Numbered from the stretch's first letter, positions 25,880 through 38,270 are shown. The stretch is 64,000 nucleotides of DNA from Eledone cirrhosa (GCA_964016885.1 OZ024756.1:12648001-12712000), one strand, 5' to 3'. The notes: a model not told the origin generated them from the sequence alone. Made by a program: numbers and translations.

Positions 25880-26220
25880 TGGCGCATGGCTTAGTGGTTA
25901 GAGCATTGGGCTTGCTAATCGAAAGGTTGTGAGTTCAATTCTCAGACCGGGTGATGTGTTGTTTCATTGAGCAAGACACTTTATTTCACATTGCTCCAGT
26001 TTATTCAGCTGTAGAAATGAGATGATAGGACTAGGGTCCCTATCATTCCACTGCAAAGTGGTCGTGGAGGTGCCACGGCATAAAAGCACCCAGCACTCAC
26101 TGTAAATGAGGTCGGTGTTAGGAAGGGCATCCATCTGTAGAAATCAAGCCAGAATCAGTTCCCGTCCCACCGTTGCAAGCAGGGAAAAGCGGACGTAAAA
26201 TGATGATGATGATGATGATA
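25880..26220 (+). mobile_element. SINE family A, full length
   Basis: Aligns end to end with 6727-7062; (GAT)n tail. Confidence 0.85.
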
Positions 26221-26439
26221 TATATATACATATATATGTGTGTATATATATTTATATATATGTACGTACATGTGTATATATATAATTAATTAAGGTTAAA
26301 GAAAGTGCTCAAACGCAGAAATGTTATAAAGATAGCTTATAAAATGGGGTGAAGACCCTTAAAAGACTGAAAAATAATTTGCCAACAACTGGTATGAGGA
26401 CTTGAACCCCATATCTTCCCTGGAATAATAATAATAATA

Positions 26440-26765
26440 ATTGTTTCTACTTTTGGCACAAGGCCAGCAATTATCCCAGTGCATTACTGGTACTTTATTT
26501 TATCAACCCCGTAAGGATGAAAGGCAAAGTTAACCTCGGCGGGATTTGAACTCAGATCATAAAGGCCCATAACTCCATGCTGAAAAGCATGGCATCCAAC
26601 CCTCTACCGATACTGCCAATCCACCGCCCTAATAATAATAATAATAATAATTGTTTCTGATTTAGGTACAAGGCCAGCAATTTTGGGGGAGGGGATAGTT
26701 GATTTAGTCGACCCCAGTGCATTACTGGTACTTTATTTCATTGATCCCATAAGGATGAAAGGTAA
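26440..26765 (-). mobile_element. Two family-D SINEs with (TTA)n tails
   Basis: aaggatgaaaggcaaagttaacctcggcgggatttgaactcag. Confidence 0.75.
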
Positions 26766-26789
26766 GGCTAAGGGTTGTATATATATATA

Positions 26790-27527
26790 TAAACTATAAT
26801 AAAGTAAGGAGCGCTTCCTTGTCACACTTCCTTTCTCTCACTTCCTCCCCCCCTTCACCTCACCAATTGACAGTCCTGGGGAGAGGGTGATGTTCTCCGC
26901 CAGGTTTAAATGGTCCAGTCACTCTAAGTCCCTTACGACCCCATCAGTTACAAGTCCCTATATATACAACCTTGAAATACCATAAAATAAAACGTAAAAC
27001 TCTAACCCCATTCTTTTGTTTCTCTTATTTTACTCTAGTTTTCACTCCTTTATTTCTAATCTAAACTATAAAACTGCGTACGGTTTATAATTTTTTATCC
27101 CCTTAGTAAAATAAGTTGGATTACTTTGAATAAATAATGAATGAATATTACATAATTTATCTACTAAATTTCGTGGCTGTTGATTAAATATATTTTATTA
27201 CTTATTTTAAGATTCACTTCTTTAAAATTTCTGAAATGTCAACACTTTCGGTTGGCCATCGCTTAAATAAACATTAATTTTCTGTCATTAATTTTCTCCT
27301 AATGCAGTTTATATATAATATCGTCTTTTTTAATGTATCATGGATTACGTTACTGATTACATAAGACAGTGTAACGCAGTCTTCGTTCAATTTCTATGTA
27401 TTATATATTGTCAATTACGATTTTATTTGATGTATCATATCTACATGTATATACACTTGCGTATAATATCAATATAGACACTATCCACGCAATCAGAAAA
27501 CCACCCAAAAGGTGGTTTTTCTGCTAG
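26790..27527 (+). mobile_element. Probable non-autonomous Helitron
   Basis: 3' hairpin aaaaccacc-caaaa-ggtggtttt followed by CTAG|T; 5' boundary uncertain. Confidence 0.5.
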
Positions 27528-27859
27528 TATATATAAGTATATATAAACCTGCAGAGCAAATATTTACACTATATTTTCATTTATGCATGCATCCACACCT
27601 GTCAGTGCATAATTATATATGAGCCTAAATCCAAAATTATTACTATTAATGTTCTCATTATTATTTTTACTTGTTACCTTCAGTATTTTTATGTTTAATC
27701 ATTTTACTTTTATTAACATCATTTTCCATATATGGTAGCTGGAAATCATTTGGCTATTCTAAAAAGAATATTAATCTCCTGATTTTTTATAGCAAGAATA
27801 TTTCGGATGAAAGCAGAAATTCTTTGCTTAAACATTTAATCTGTACTAATTTATATATA

Positions 27860-28832
27860 TATACAATGCTGAAAAAGATAGAAAGCTGAACAAAAATGAA
27901 CTGTAAGGTGAGGTAACGAAAAGTAAAAGTTACTTTGCTCTTCTTTTATCTGTCCAATATTTCGGGACCTAAAAGTCCCTTCATCAAAGTTTAAAGAACC
28001 TTCAGTGGATAATGTTCCAATTTCCTCTCTTTGGGATAAAATTTTTTCTCAGTCGTTTCCAAGCGTTTTTTGAAGGTTACTTCGCTTTCTAAGTTAATGA
28101 CGTCAATTGCCAATATAGTATTTCGTGATATCAATTTTCTTTTTTGTATGAGATGTTTAGTTTGTGTGCCTGTGGGGGAGTCTTTTTATGTCAAGTACTG
28201 TGTGCTGAGTTCTAATCTATTATTTATTTGCAGGTTGAGTCTACGTATGAGCAAGGCTTCCTTAATTCTTAAGTTGCCCACATTTCTATCACTGGCTTTA
28301 ACGGTAATGGTAATTTGTTGGTTGATGTTTCTACATTTGTCAATGTAGTTTTTGAATAAGGATGCGCGTGTGTTGAGGTGTTCTTTAATGTGAGTGTGGA
28401 GTGCTCGCGTTGTGCTACCAATCTAGAACTCCTTACATTTGTTGCATTCAATCTGGTATACCACATGTCCGCTGGCACATACCTGAATCGCGGATAGGGC
28501 AGTTAGTCAGCGAGCATTGATTGTTGTTGTCTCTGGATTGTTTTTGAGACAGGTATCCATGCAGTGAAGGGCCGGAGTGTGCTAACTGTATATCGAGTCC
28601 TTCTTTGCGGATAGCTGTGGCATTGATTTCACTGAAATGTGGTTATTTCATGAAGCAGGTATTAGAGGAGGTCTTATGTCTGCAACGCCTTTGATTCATT
28701 GTGGATGTTGGCTTTCTGTTTGTCTTGGACAGATAAAACAACAACAACAAAACAAAACAAAGATTACCAGATAACTTCTACTTTTCGGTACCTCACCTTA
28801 TTGCATTATTTAGCCTTCTATCTCTTTCAATG

Positions 28833-28835
<3 letters not shown>
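27860..28835 (-). mobile_element. Penelope-like retroelement remnant with inverted pLTR ends
   Basis: GIY-YIG remnant; 27865-27957 inverted at 28725-28832; degenerate hammerhead (t)TGATGA-agggac...gtccc-GAAA at 27960-27987; (TA)n both sides. Confidence 0.85.
28186..28700 (-). pseudogene. Penelope GIY-YIG endonuclease, disrupted
   Basis: CASGHVVYQIECNKCKEF*IGSTTRALHTHIKEH...LRIKEALLIRRLNLQINNR; stop and frameshift. Confidence 0.85.
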
Positions 28836-28889
<54 letters not shown>

Positions 28890-28892
<3 letters not shown>

Positions 28893-29070
28893 ATAATAAT
28901 AAATTTGAAGACTAAAATCCAAAGAGGGCTCGATAAGGATAAATATATATCAAATATATAAGAATCGTAGAGCAAATATTTATTAAAATAACAGATTAAA
29001 GTTTAAGCAAAGAATCGCTGCTTTCACCCTTAACAGGATCTTCTGAAACTAACAAAGTCAATCTGTAAAC
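28890..29070 (-). mobile_element. Degenerate pLTR/hammerhead module
   Basis: Minus strand cAGAAGA-tcctgttaagggt-GAAA within cagatt/aatctg stem, ~130 nt upstream of (TA)n. Confidence 0.4.
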
Positions 29071-29147
29071 GCAGAAGTGAATATTTCAAAAAAACGTTGC
29101 AACCGGAGGAAGACAGGAAGACGATACTTTGGTTCGTGGAAACGTTC

Positions 29148-29728
29148 CCTGGGATCAATTCTACCAACTGTATTGTTGCTTTAAATTAGGATCAATTCTA
29201 CCAACTGTATTGTTGCCTTAAACTGGGATCAATTCTACCAACTGTATTGTTGCTTAAACTGGGATCAATTCTGCCAACTGTACTGTTGCCTTAAACTGGG
29301 ATCAATTCTGCCAACTGTATTGTTGCCTTAAACTGGGATCAATTCTACCAACTGTACTGTTGCCTTAAACTGGGATCAATTCTACCAACTGTACTGTTGC
29401 CTTAAACTGGGATCAATTCTACCAACTGTACTGTTGCCTTAAATTGGGATCAATTCTACCAACTGTACTGTTGCCTTAAACTGGGATCAATTCTACCAAC
29501 TGTACTGTTGCCTTAAACTGGGATCAATTCTACCAACTGTACTGTTGCCTTAAACTGGGATCAATTCTACCAACTGTACTGTTGCCTTAAACTGGGATCA
29601 ATTCTACCAACTGTAGTGTTGCCTTAAACTGGGATCAATTCTACCAACTGTACTGTTGCCTTAAACTGGGATCAATTCTACCAACTGTACTGTTGCCTTA
29701 AACTGGGATCAATTCTACCAACTGTACT
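29148..29728. repeat. Tandem array, 37-bp unit, ~16 copies
   Basis: Unit actgggatcaattctaccaactgtactgttgccttaa. Confidence 0.95.
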
Positions 29729-29789
29729 CCTTCCGTATAAATTCATGGCATTTTTTTTAGTTATCTTTATTATCATTATAAAGATTAGA

Positions 29790-30545
29790 ATGTTGAGTGA
29801 CACGGTCAGTGAAACAATATTTTCCTGTCTCTTTATGTTTTGAGTTCAAATTCTGCCAGAAGTTTCTTTGCCTTTCTTACAGCCAGGGAGATCAAATAAG
29901 ACTTTGTCATATACTGATTCATATTAACTTGATACACTATTTTTTACACATTGGAGCTGAAGAAATAATCATCATCATCATCATTGGCTGACAGTGTGAG
30001 ATATGAATGTATTGGATAAAAATACCTTGTAATGTTTTTATATTCTGAGTTCAAATCCCGCCGAAGTTAGCTTTGCTTTTCATCTTGACAGGGTTGATAA
30101 AATAAAGCAGCAGTAATGCACTGGATTTGATTTAATAGACATTTCCCTCCCTCAAAATTGTTGGCTTCGTGCCTAAATCAAAAACAATTATTATTGTTGT
30201 TGTGGTTCAAATGCTACCAAGGTTAGCTCTGCCTTTCATCCTTACGGGGTCGATAAAATAAAGTACCAGTAATGCACTAGGGTCGATAAAATAAAGTACC
30301 AGTAATGCACTAGGGTCGATTTAATCAACTTTCACCTCCGCTTCAAATTGCTGGCCTGGTGCCTAAAGTAGAAGCAATCATTGTTGTTGTTTAAATTCCA
30401 CCGAGATTAGCTTTGCCTTTCATCCTTACGGGGGGTGGGGGGGGGGGGGATAAAATAAAGTACCAGTAATGTACTGAGGTCATTTTAATTGACTTTCCCC
30501 TCCCTCTAAAATTGCCGGCCTTGTGCCTATACTAGAAATCATTAT
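29790..30545 (+). mobile_element. Head-to-tail cluster of ~4 family-D SINEs
   Basis: Repeated ttcaaat...gcctttcatccttacggggtcgataaaataaagtaccagtaatgcact...gtgcctaaa. Confidence 0.75.
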
Positions 30546-30724
30546 TAGTCGTTGCAGACATTTCAATATCATCTCCTGAGTACAAACAAGGATGTTTCAC
30601 AATAGAAACATCCACCCCTATTCTACTGAGCCCCCCCTCCCACACACACACACTCCTTACTCCCTCTCTTTCTTCTACCTCCCACATACCCACCCTAACA
30701 TCACATCTCTCCTGTCTCTTGACT

Positions 30725-32370
30725 AAGGCTGTTGTTGTTGTTGTTACTGCTGTTTCTTTTGTTGTTGTTGTTGTTGTTGTTACTGCTGTTTCTATTGTTG
30801 TTGTTACTGCTGTTTCTAGTGTTGTTGTTGTTGTTGTTGTTACTGCTGTTTCTATTGTTGTTGTTGTTACTGCTGTTTCTAGTGTTGTTGTTGTTGTTGT
30901 TGTTACTGCTGTTTCTATTGTTGTTGTTGTTGTAGTTACTGCTGTTTCTATTGTTGTTGTTACTGCTGTTTCTAGTGTTGTTGTTGTTACTGCTGTTTCT
31001 ATTGTTGTTGTTGTTACTGCTGTTTCTATTGTTGTTGTTGTTGTTGTTGTTGTTTCTGTTGTCATTGTTACTGCTGTTTCTAGTGTTGTTGTCGTTGTTG
31101 TTACTGCTGTTTCTAGTGTTGTTGTTGTTGTTGTTACTGCTGTTTCTATTGTTGTTGTTGTTGTTGTTACTGCTGTTTCTAGTGTTGTTGTTGTTGTTTC
31201 TAGTGTTGTTGTTGTTGTTGTTGTTGTTACTGCTGTTTCTAGTGTTGTTGTTGCTGCTGCTGCTGCTGTTTCTAGTGTTGTTGTTGCTGCTGCTGCTGTT
31301 TCTAGTGTTGTTGTTGTTACTGCTGCTGCTACTGTTGTTGTTGCTGTTACTGCTGTTTCTAGTGTTGTTGTTGTTGCTGCTGCTGTTTCTAGTGTTGTTG
31401 TTGTTGTTTCTAGTGTTGTTGTTGTTGTTACTGCTGCTGTTTCTAGTGTTGTTGTTGTTGTTACTGCTGTTTCTAGTGTTGTTGTTGTTACTGCTGCTGC
31501 TACTGTTGTTGTTGCTGTTGTTACTGCTGTTTCTAGTGTTGTTGCTGCTGCTGCTGCTGCTCCTGTTGTTCCTATTATGGCCAATGTTATTGTTACTACA
31601 TCTACAATTGCTGTTGTTGTTGTTGCTACCACAACCGTTGTTGTTGTTGTTGTTGTTGTTGCTGCTGTCATGGCAAATGTTAATGTTATTGCATCTATAA
31701 TGGCTGTAGTTGTTGTTGTTGTTGCAGCTATCACAGTTGTTGTTGTTGCTGCTACCAAGGCCATTGTTGTTGTTGTTAGCATTGTTGTTCTTATTCATGC
31801 TGTTGTTGTTGTTGCTGCTGCTGCTGCTACTACAGCAGTTGTTGTTCTTGTTGTAGCTGCTGACTAAACAGTCACATGTCCTCCCCTCACCTTTCTCTAA
31901 TATAGTCTTTATTTCTAACACACACACTCACACAGACACACACATCCACACACACACTCACACATATCCACACACACACGGACACTCACACAGACACACA
32001 CACACAGACACTCACACAGACACACACATCCACACAGACACTCACACATCCACACAGACACACACATCCACACACACATAGACACACACACCCACACATA
32101 CACACACACAGACACACATCCACTCACACATCCACACAGACACTCACACTTGCATCCACTCATATAGACACATACACTCACACATGCATCCACTCACAGA
32201 GACACCCGCATCCACACAGACATTTCCTCCCCACTCCACACACACACACAGATAAACACACAGAGTCACCCCCATACACACACACACACAGATACAAAGA
32301 TACACATCCGCACTGACACTCACACACACACACAGACACACATCCACTCACACACACACATACATACACA
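30725..32370. repeat. GTT-rich compound minisatellite (30725-31865) plus CA-rich tract (31918-32370)
   Basis: (gtt)n-actgctgtttcta units; (CA)n variants. Confidence 0.9.
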
Positions 32371-32449
32371 GCAACTGATTTTAACCAATAAATTCACCAT
32401 CATACTCATAACATCACAATAGCTTTAATTATATGTATGTCTCTATACT

Positions 32450-33572
32450 GCTGAAAGGAAAACTGCGGCTCCTTTGCTGACCCAACAGTTGATGTCGAGC
32501 TCTGTTGCCATTGCTTGCCAGGATGCTGGCCAGATATGTGAAGTGATCGACTTCCTCCAGGTCCTGTTGGTTGACTCTGATCACTGGACCTGTGTTGTTG
32601 GCTGTTCTCATCACCTTGGTCTATTTGGTGTTGATTCTCAGGCTGATCTTTTCCGCACTCTCTTGCAGGGGATGTTGTTAGGGCTTGCAGGTCTACACTG
32701 TCTTCAGCGATCAAAGCGATGTGATCAGTGAATGCCAGGTAACCTCGGCCTCGACTGGCTTCTCCGTGGGATTCCTCGATCGGGTCCTTCATCTGTTCAC
32801 CTCAGAACGAAATCGGCTGCCAACAGGAACAACAGCGGAGAGAGAATGCAGCCCTGTCTGACTCTGGAGACAATGTCAAAGAACTCCATCACACCGGACT
32901 CAGTTTGCACGCAGCAGACTGGAGTTTGAGTACAGGACCTTGAAAATGGCGATGAATCTTACAGGAATGCCATACGAGTGCGCGATATTCCACAGAGATT
33001 CCTGGTGCACATTGTCGAATGCCTTCCGGAAATCAATGAAGTTGAGAACCAAAGAGTGGTGGAGCTCAACGGCCAAGCACAGCCTGGTCATCTTCATGCA
33101 TCAGCACCAGGATCAAGCTGTACCTGTACAAGAGCATCGTGCTGTCGACGGTGCTTTACACGAGTGAAACCTGGAAGATCATGGCAAAGATAGAGAGATA
33201 GTTGAACATATTCCACCAACGGTGCCTGCGTAGGATCCTTCATGTGTCCTGGCACAACCAAGTGCGAAACGAGGAAATCCTGCGGAGTCGTGGACGCTAC
33301 AGAGGATGTCGCAGAGTGCCAGTGCTGCCTGGTTGGCCATATTCTGCGCCTGCCCAACAAACGACACTCAAAACCAGCGATGAACTGGACTCCACCTGGC
33401 AGCAAATGTAGGTGGGGTTGCCCCAGGATCACCTGGCGTTGAACGTTCCGAAAAGAACTAATGGCAGCCAACATCACTTGACACAGACGCGATAAAGCCG
33501 CAGCAAATCGTAACCGTTGGCGAGTACTTACTGCTTGTTGTGTCAAACGGGGCGGAAGAGCCTAAAACTAAG
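32450..33572. mobile_element. RTE LINE with 5' inversion (RT piece on -, 3' end on +)
   Basis: Minus: FIDFRKAFD, VRQGCILSP, LAFTDHIAL, EVDHFTYLAS; plus: VLYTSETW, FHQRCLRRIL, GHILR, RITWR, RNRWR. Confidence 0.85.
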
Positions 33573-33673
33573 ACTCATATACCACATCGGTGTGGGTATA
33601 TACACACATATATATATGTGGGTGTATACACACATATATATATGTGTGTGTACGTATATATATATATATATTT

Positions 33674-33959
33674 ATTAAGAAAGTAAAACAAAGAAGCCTT
33701 CAATACATCAAAAGTCTTTATTAGCCGACAATGTTTCGTCCTATCGGCCGATAATACTTCTTGTTGTTTTAATTGCCCTGATGAGTCCTTAATAGGACGA
33801 AACATTGTCGGCTAATAAAGACTTTTGATGTATTGAAGGCTTCTTTGTTTTACTTTCTTAATTCTTCGGCTCTGTTTAACTACATTGAGCTATACCTTTT
33901 ACTGTCATTTCTATAATACGAAGAGGGTGTTTGACTCAAACACGCTCCAGTATTTTAAC

Positions 33960-33962
<3 letters not shown>
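33674..33962 (+). mobile_element. Fold-back pLTR remnant between (TA)n tracts
   Basis: 71-bp inverted arms 33674-33744 / 33792-33862. Confidence 0.75.
33771..33817 (+). ncRNA. Type-I hammerhead ribozyme with canonical core
   Basis: gcc-CTGATGA-gtcct-taat-aggac-GAAA-catt-GTC-ggc. Confidence 0.8.
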
Positions 33963-34018
<56 letters not shown>

Positions 34019-34257
34019 AGGTGGTTGGTCCACGTTTTGTTTGCCAAATTTGGAGGGCGAGTGAGGTTTGGTTTGGCAGGAATCATGAGTGAAGGTTGGC
34101 GTTTGGTTTAGGGTGTCAGCTGAGGGTTGGACAGATTGGAACGATAACAATCTTATTTACATATATATATATGTACATATATATTGATGATGATGATGAT
34201 GATGATGATGATATATATACATATGTAAATGTTTATATATAAATATGTAAATGTATA

Positions 34258-34995
34258 TCTTCTTCGACCACTTATTCCTGAGAGGGTCGTTGGGGGCAGA
34301 GTCCTCAAACACTCCTTCCAGCGGGTCCTGTCAGAATCAACCATCTCCAACTGATCTGGTTGGATCCCCAAGTGAGACCAGCCAAGCTCATGGATGTTAT
34401 CCAACCATCTTGCTTGGGGTACTACTCCTGGGTCTCCTGCCAGTTGGTTTTGCCTGTAAAATCTGACCAGCGATTCTTTCCTGAGACATTCTAACCACAT
34501 GCCCATAGTGTCAGAGCTGTGGTCTCTCAATTCGGAGAATTAGCTGTTCTACCTAGAGTGGCTCTCTTATCTCTGAGTTACACACTTTATCGAGTAATGT
34601 TACTCCAAAGACCCATTGGAAGAATCCCATTTCGGCTGCTTGTATTCTCCATTGTATTCTTTCAGTCATTAACCAAGATTCATGACCATAGGTAAGGGAT
34701 GGCACAAAAACCAAATTGAGGATAGCGAGCTTGGCTTTTATGTCTACCTCCGTTCTTTTGATTGTTGAAGCTGGTGCATTACTACACCAGCTTCTGTAAT
34801 TCTTGCACTTAATTCAGCCTCCTACCTTCCATCGCTCATGAACACAGCCCCAAGATACTTGAACTTCTCTACCTGCTTTAGTGGAACTCCATTTACATCT
34901 AGAGTTCACTGCCTTAAGTGTCTCAGTTTTTGCAGCACTGATTTTCATTTCAGCCATGCAGCACTCAGAATCAAACCTATCAAGTGCAAGTTGAA
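34258..34995 (-). mobile_element. RTE LINE 3' portion, degenerate
   Basis: MKISAAKTE, KYLGAVF, PQARWLDNIHELGW...DRTRWK; related tails at 46725-46885 and 50040-50225. Confidence 0.75.
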
Positions 34996-35014
34996 TATAT
35001 ATATATATATATAT

Positions 35015-35401
35015 ATTCAATATTAAATAAAATGAAACTATATTTATAAAATAATATTTATTCTATTATATATATTTCAAGGGTACCAACAACTTTGGTA
35101 CACTTTCATCAGATAAAATACAAAGTGTGTTTTATAAATTTAACGGTTGGAGTTTTCCTTAGATAACCGTTAAGGTATGTTCCTTGGTTATGTCGAAATT
35201 TATAAAACACACTTTGTATTTTATCTGATGAAAGCGTACCAAAGTTGTTGGTACCCTTGAAATATATATAAGGGAATAAATATGGTTTTATAAATATAGT
35301 TTCCATTTATTTAATATCATTGAAAACTTGTTGAGTGCTCTGAATCAGTTATAAACATTTATATTTGTTGAATTACCAACAAATTGAATATCCCTTCTGC
35401 T

Positions 35402-35402
<1 letters not shown>
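35015..35402 (+). mobile_element. Fold-back pLTR module with two hammerheads (- 35060-35122, + 35215-35280)
   Basis: CTGATGA-aagcgtaccaa...ttggtaccctt-GAAA-tatata at 35225-35270 and its reverse complement; same family as 25200-25582; (TA)n both sides. Confidence 0.75.
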
Positions 35403-35433
<31 letters not shown>

Positions 35434-35449
35434 CACACAACTTTGAATG

Positions 35450-35545
35450 AACACATCTGATGAACACTGATCAATGCTGGCGTCAGGTCTATCATATTGA
35501 TGCAGACCTCGAACCAGTCATCTGTGAAATATATGTAACGATCAA
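35450..35545 (+). ncRNA. Hammerhead-like motif with extended stem II
   Basis: CTGATGA (35457)-aca...ctgg..aggtct..agacct..ccag...tgt-GAAA (35526); stems I and III poor. Confidence 0.4.
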
Positions 35546-36095
35546 TATTCAATAAACACATTTTAATGTGAAACTTTATACAAAACATCATATATAACTT
35601 ATATACATCTGCTATAGTATAGAGTTCTTAAGTCAGTGCTGCCCCCTGTAATCAACAAATTTACAGAATTTATTATGGCTAAGTAGTGGATATTGTCTTG
35701 ACCATAACAAAAAAAAAAAAAGGGTCGATCAACTTTCGTCAAATCGGACCGAAGAAACAATATTTTCATCGGTCTTTCCAGTTGCTAGTACTATCTATCG
35801 GTTGCAACTCCAGTTAGAAGGAGCAACGTGAAATAAAGTGTCTTGCTCAAGGACATAACGTATCGCTCGGTCCAGGAATCAAACTCACAACCTCAAGATT
35901 GTGAATCCAATGAATATTTAAACTCTACTTTGGTACTAAGTGCTCTTTTCTCTCGCCCCAACTACATACCGATGTAAATCATCATCATTTTTATGTTCAA
36001 TTTTCCACGCTTGCATGGGTTGGACGGGTCCTTTTCAGCACAGTATCTCTCCACTCACTGCATTCCTACACACACACACACACACATATACACAG

Positions 36096-36139
<44 letters not shown>

Positions 36140-36167
36140 ATATATATATATATGATATATATATATA

Positions 36168-36950
36168 TATCATCATCATAATTTTGCGTCCGCTTTTCCC
36201 TGCTTGCAAGGGTAGGACAGGTCCTATTCAGCACAGCATCTCCCCATTCGTCATGGACCTTCATCATCTCCTCCGTGAGCTTCAGCCATCTGAGGTCAGC
36301 TCTCACATCCTACGCCCATGATTTACGTGGTCTTCCTCTACTGTGTCTTCTTTCCACTGGGATTTCTTGGCATTTCTTTACCCAGCAGTGATCACATGTC
36401 CATACCATCTCAGTCTTCTCTCCTGCACACCACAACTTATCCCTCTTATACACAGTTTCTCTCTCAACGCATCTATGCTTGGTCGTTCACACACATTGAC
36501 ATTGTACATCAAACAGAGCATGCTTGCTTCATTTCTTCAAGAGTGGGCTGAGGACCAAACCCTGATGTACTCCAACTTGTATCTGGAATTCCTCACTAAA
36601 CTCCTTTCCTACTCTAACTTTACTGACAGCACCCCCTCACAAGCCAATCCTCTACACTTAGTTTCCTTAGGGACCACCAGATGACAGATCGGCGTACTCT
36701 ATCAAAGGCCTTCTCTAGGTCAACAAAAGTTAAGTATAGTGGCTTATTCTTCTCTAAGAACCTCTCATGTAGTTGTCTTACTAAGAAGAGGGCATCTGTT
36801 GTACTTTTCCCAGGCACAAAACCAAACTGCATCTCATCTAATTTGACCCTTTCTCTAATTAGTTGTGCTAATATCCTTTCTGCCACTTTCATAACCTGAT
36901 CCATCAGTTTCATACCCCTATAATTGCTCCACTCCAGAGCATCCCCTTTA
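36168..36950 (-). mobile_element. RTE LINE with internal deletion (RT N-part fused to 3' end)
   Basis: QFGFVPGKSTTDALF...FVDLEKAFDRV...WWSLRKL; 3' tail cccttgcaagcagggaaaagcggacg. Confidence 0.85.
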
Positions 36951-37003
36951 CAATGAAGATATATATTAGTTTCACACTTAATATATATATATATATATAT
37001 ATA

Positions 37004-37400
37004 CTAGTTGAGGTACCCAGCTTCATCCGGGAGAATAGTTAAGAGAAGATGGATAAAAGAGAAAATGACTGTATTGGATGTGTTGTCTGGTTTACAGTAT
37101 GAGGTGAGACCGTAATGTGTGTGTGAGAGACATAAAAAAACAATCATAAAACTTCCTTATTAGGCTGGGGGAATAAACTGCCAATTAAATCGTAGCATTG
37201 GCCTTGGATTTTAAATGTTGTGAAATAACCATAGTCAGTATGATCTTTTTTAGCTCCAAAGGACGTCATCTGAAACGCAACAATATACCGCTTAACATTG
37301 CTTCTGAAGTGTTTAGCTTTGTTAGTACGAACTGTAAGTAGTATATGGATAAAAGCTGGAGGGTAGATTAATTTCAAATAGTATCAATTTTTCTTTGTTC
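37004..37400 (-). mobile_element. Helitron 3' end with Rep fragment
   Basis: HFRSNVKRY..AFQMTSFGA...TFKIQGQCY.LIGSL (Helitron_like_N region); hairpin plus CTAG end homologous to 16230-16359. Confidence 0.8.
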
Positions 37401-37621
37401 TGTAAAATCAAAGACTGTAAAACGACTTTATAAAAGCTAACGCAATATTGTTAAACCTTCCTATAGATCAAAGGATCTATAGTTTACACCATTTCTAGAC
37501 TTTCCTGGGATGTTACTCTCTCTCTTTCTCTCTGAATATCTAACACTTTAATTGTATCTCTCTGTGTATAACAGTCTATCTCTCTCTTTCTGCCTCTCCT
37601 TCTGTGTTTCTCTCTCTTTAG

Positions 37622-37664
<43 letters not shown>

Positions 37665-37925
37665 TGTGTGTGTGTGTGTGTGATTCAACCAGCCAACCAA
37701 CCAATAAATATCCCTCTTTTATATAACACACACACCCACAGTTGTCTTCCTACTTATACATGTCACTACATGTTCAAGGGCAACATCATTAATATCTCTA
37801 TATCTCTCTATTGCCAGACATGTCACTTTCTCAACTCTGAAATTTCTTACTTCGTAGAAACTTCAAACTTTTTAAATTGTGTACCTCATTCCCACATGGG
37901 ATTGAGTTAGTGACCTCAATATATA

Positions 37926-38270
37926 GCATGGCTTAGTGGTTAGAGTGTCAGGCTTACAATCGTGAGGTTGTCAGTTTGATTCTCGGACTGGGCTTTTCAT
38001 TGTGTTCTTGAGCAAGACACTTTATTTCACGTTGCTCCAGTTCAACTCAGCTGTAGAAATGAGTTACGACATCACTGGTGCCGAGCTGTATCGGCCATTG
38101 TCTTTCCCTAGGACAACATCGGTGGTGTGAAGAGGGTAGACTGGGATGCATGGGCGACTGCTGGTCTGCCACCAAACACACCTTGCCCAGACTTGTGCCT
38201 CAGAGTGGAACTTTCTAGGTGCAAATCCCATGGTCATTTGTGACTGAAGAGGGTCTTTACCCTTTCTTTT
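37926..38270 (+). mobile_element. tRNA-SINE, family-A head with different body
   Basis: gcatggcttagtggttagag...ttgagcaagacact...; flanked by duplicated tcattcccacatggga. Confidence 0.7.

Noticed and set aside
29148-29728. CRISPR-like 37-bp repeats (also the 40- and 41-bp arrays)
   Set aside because: No unique spacers, no cas genes, eukaryotic context
30532-31927. Thr-, Asn- and Val-rich ORFs
   Set aside because: (GTT)n minisatellite artefacts
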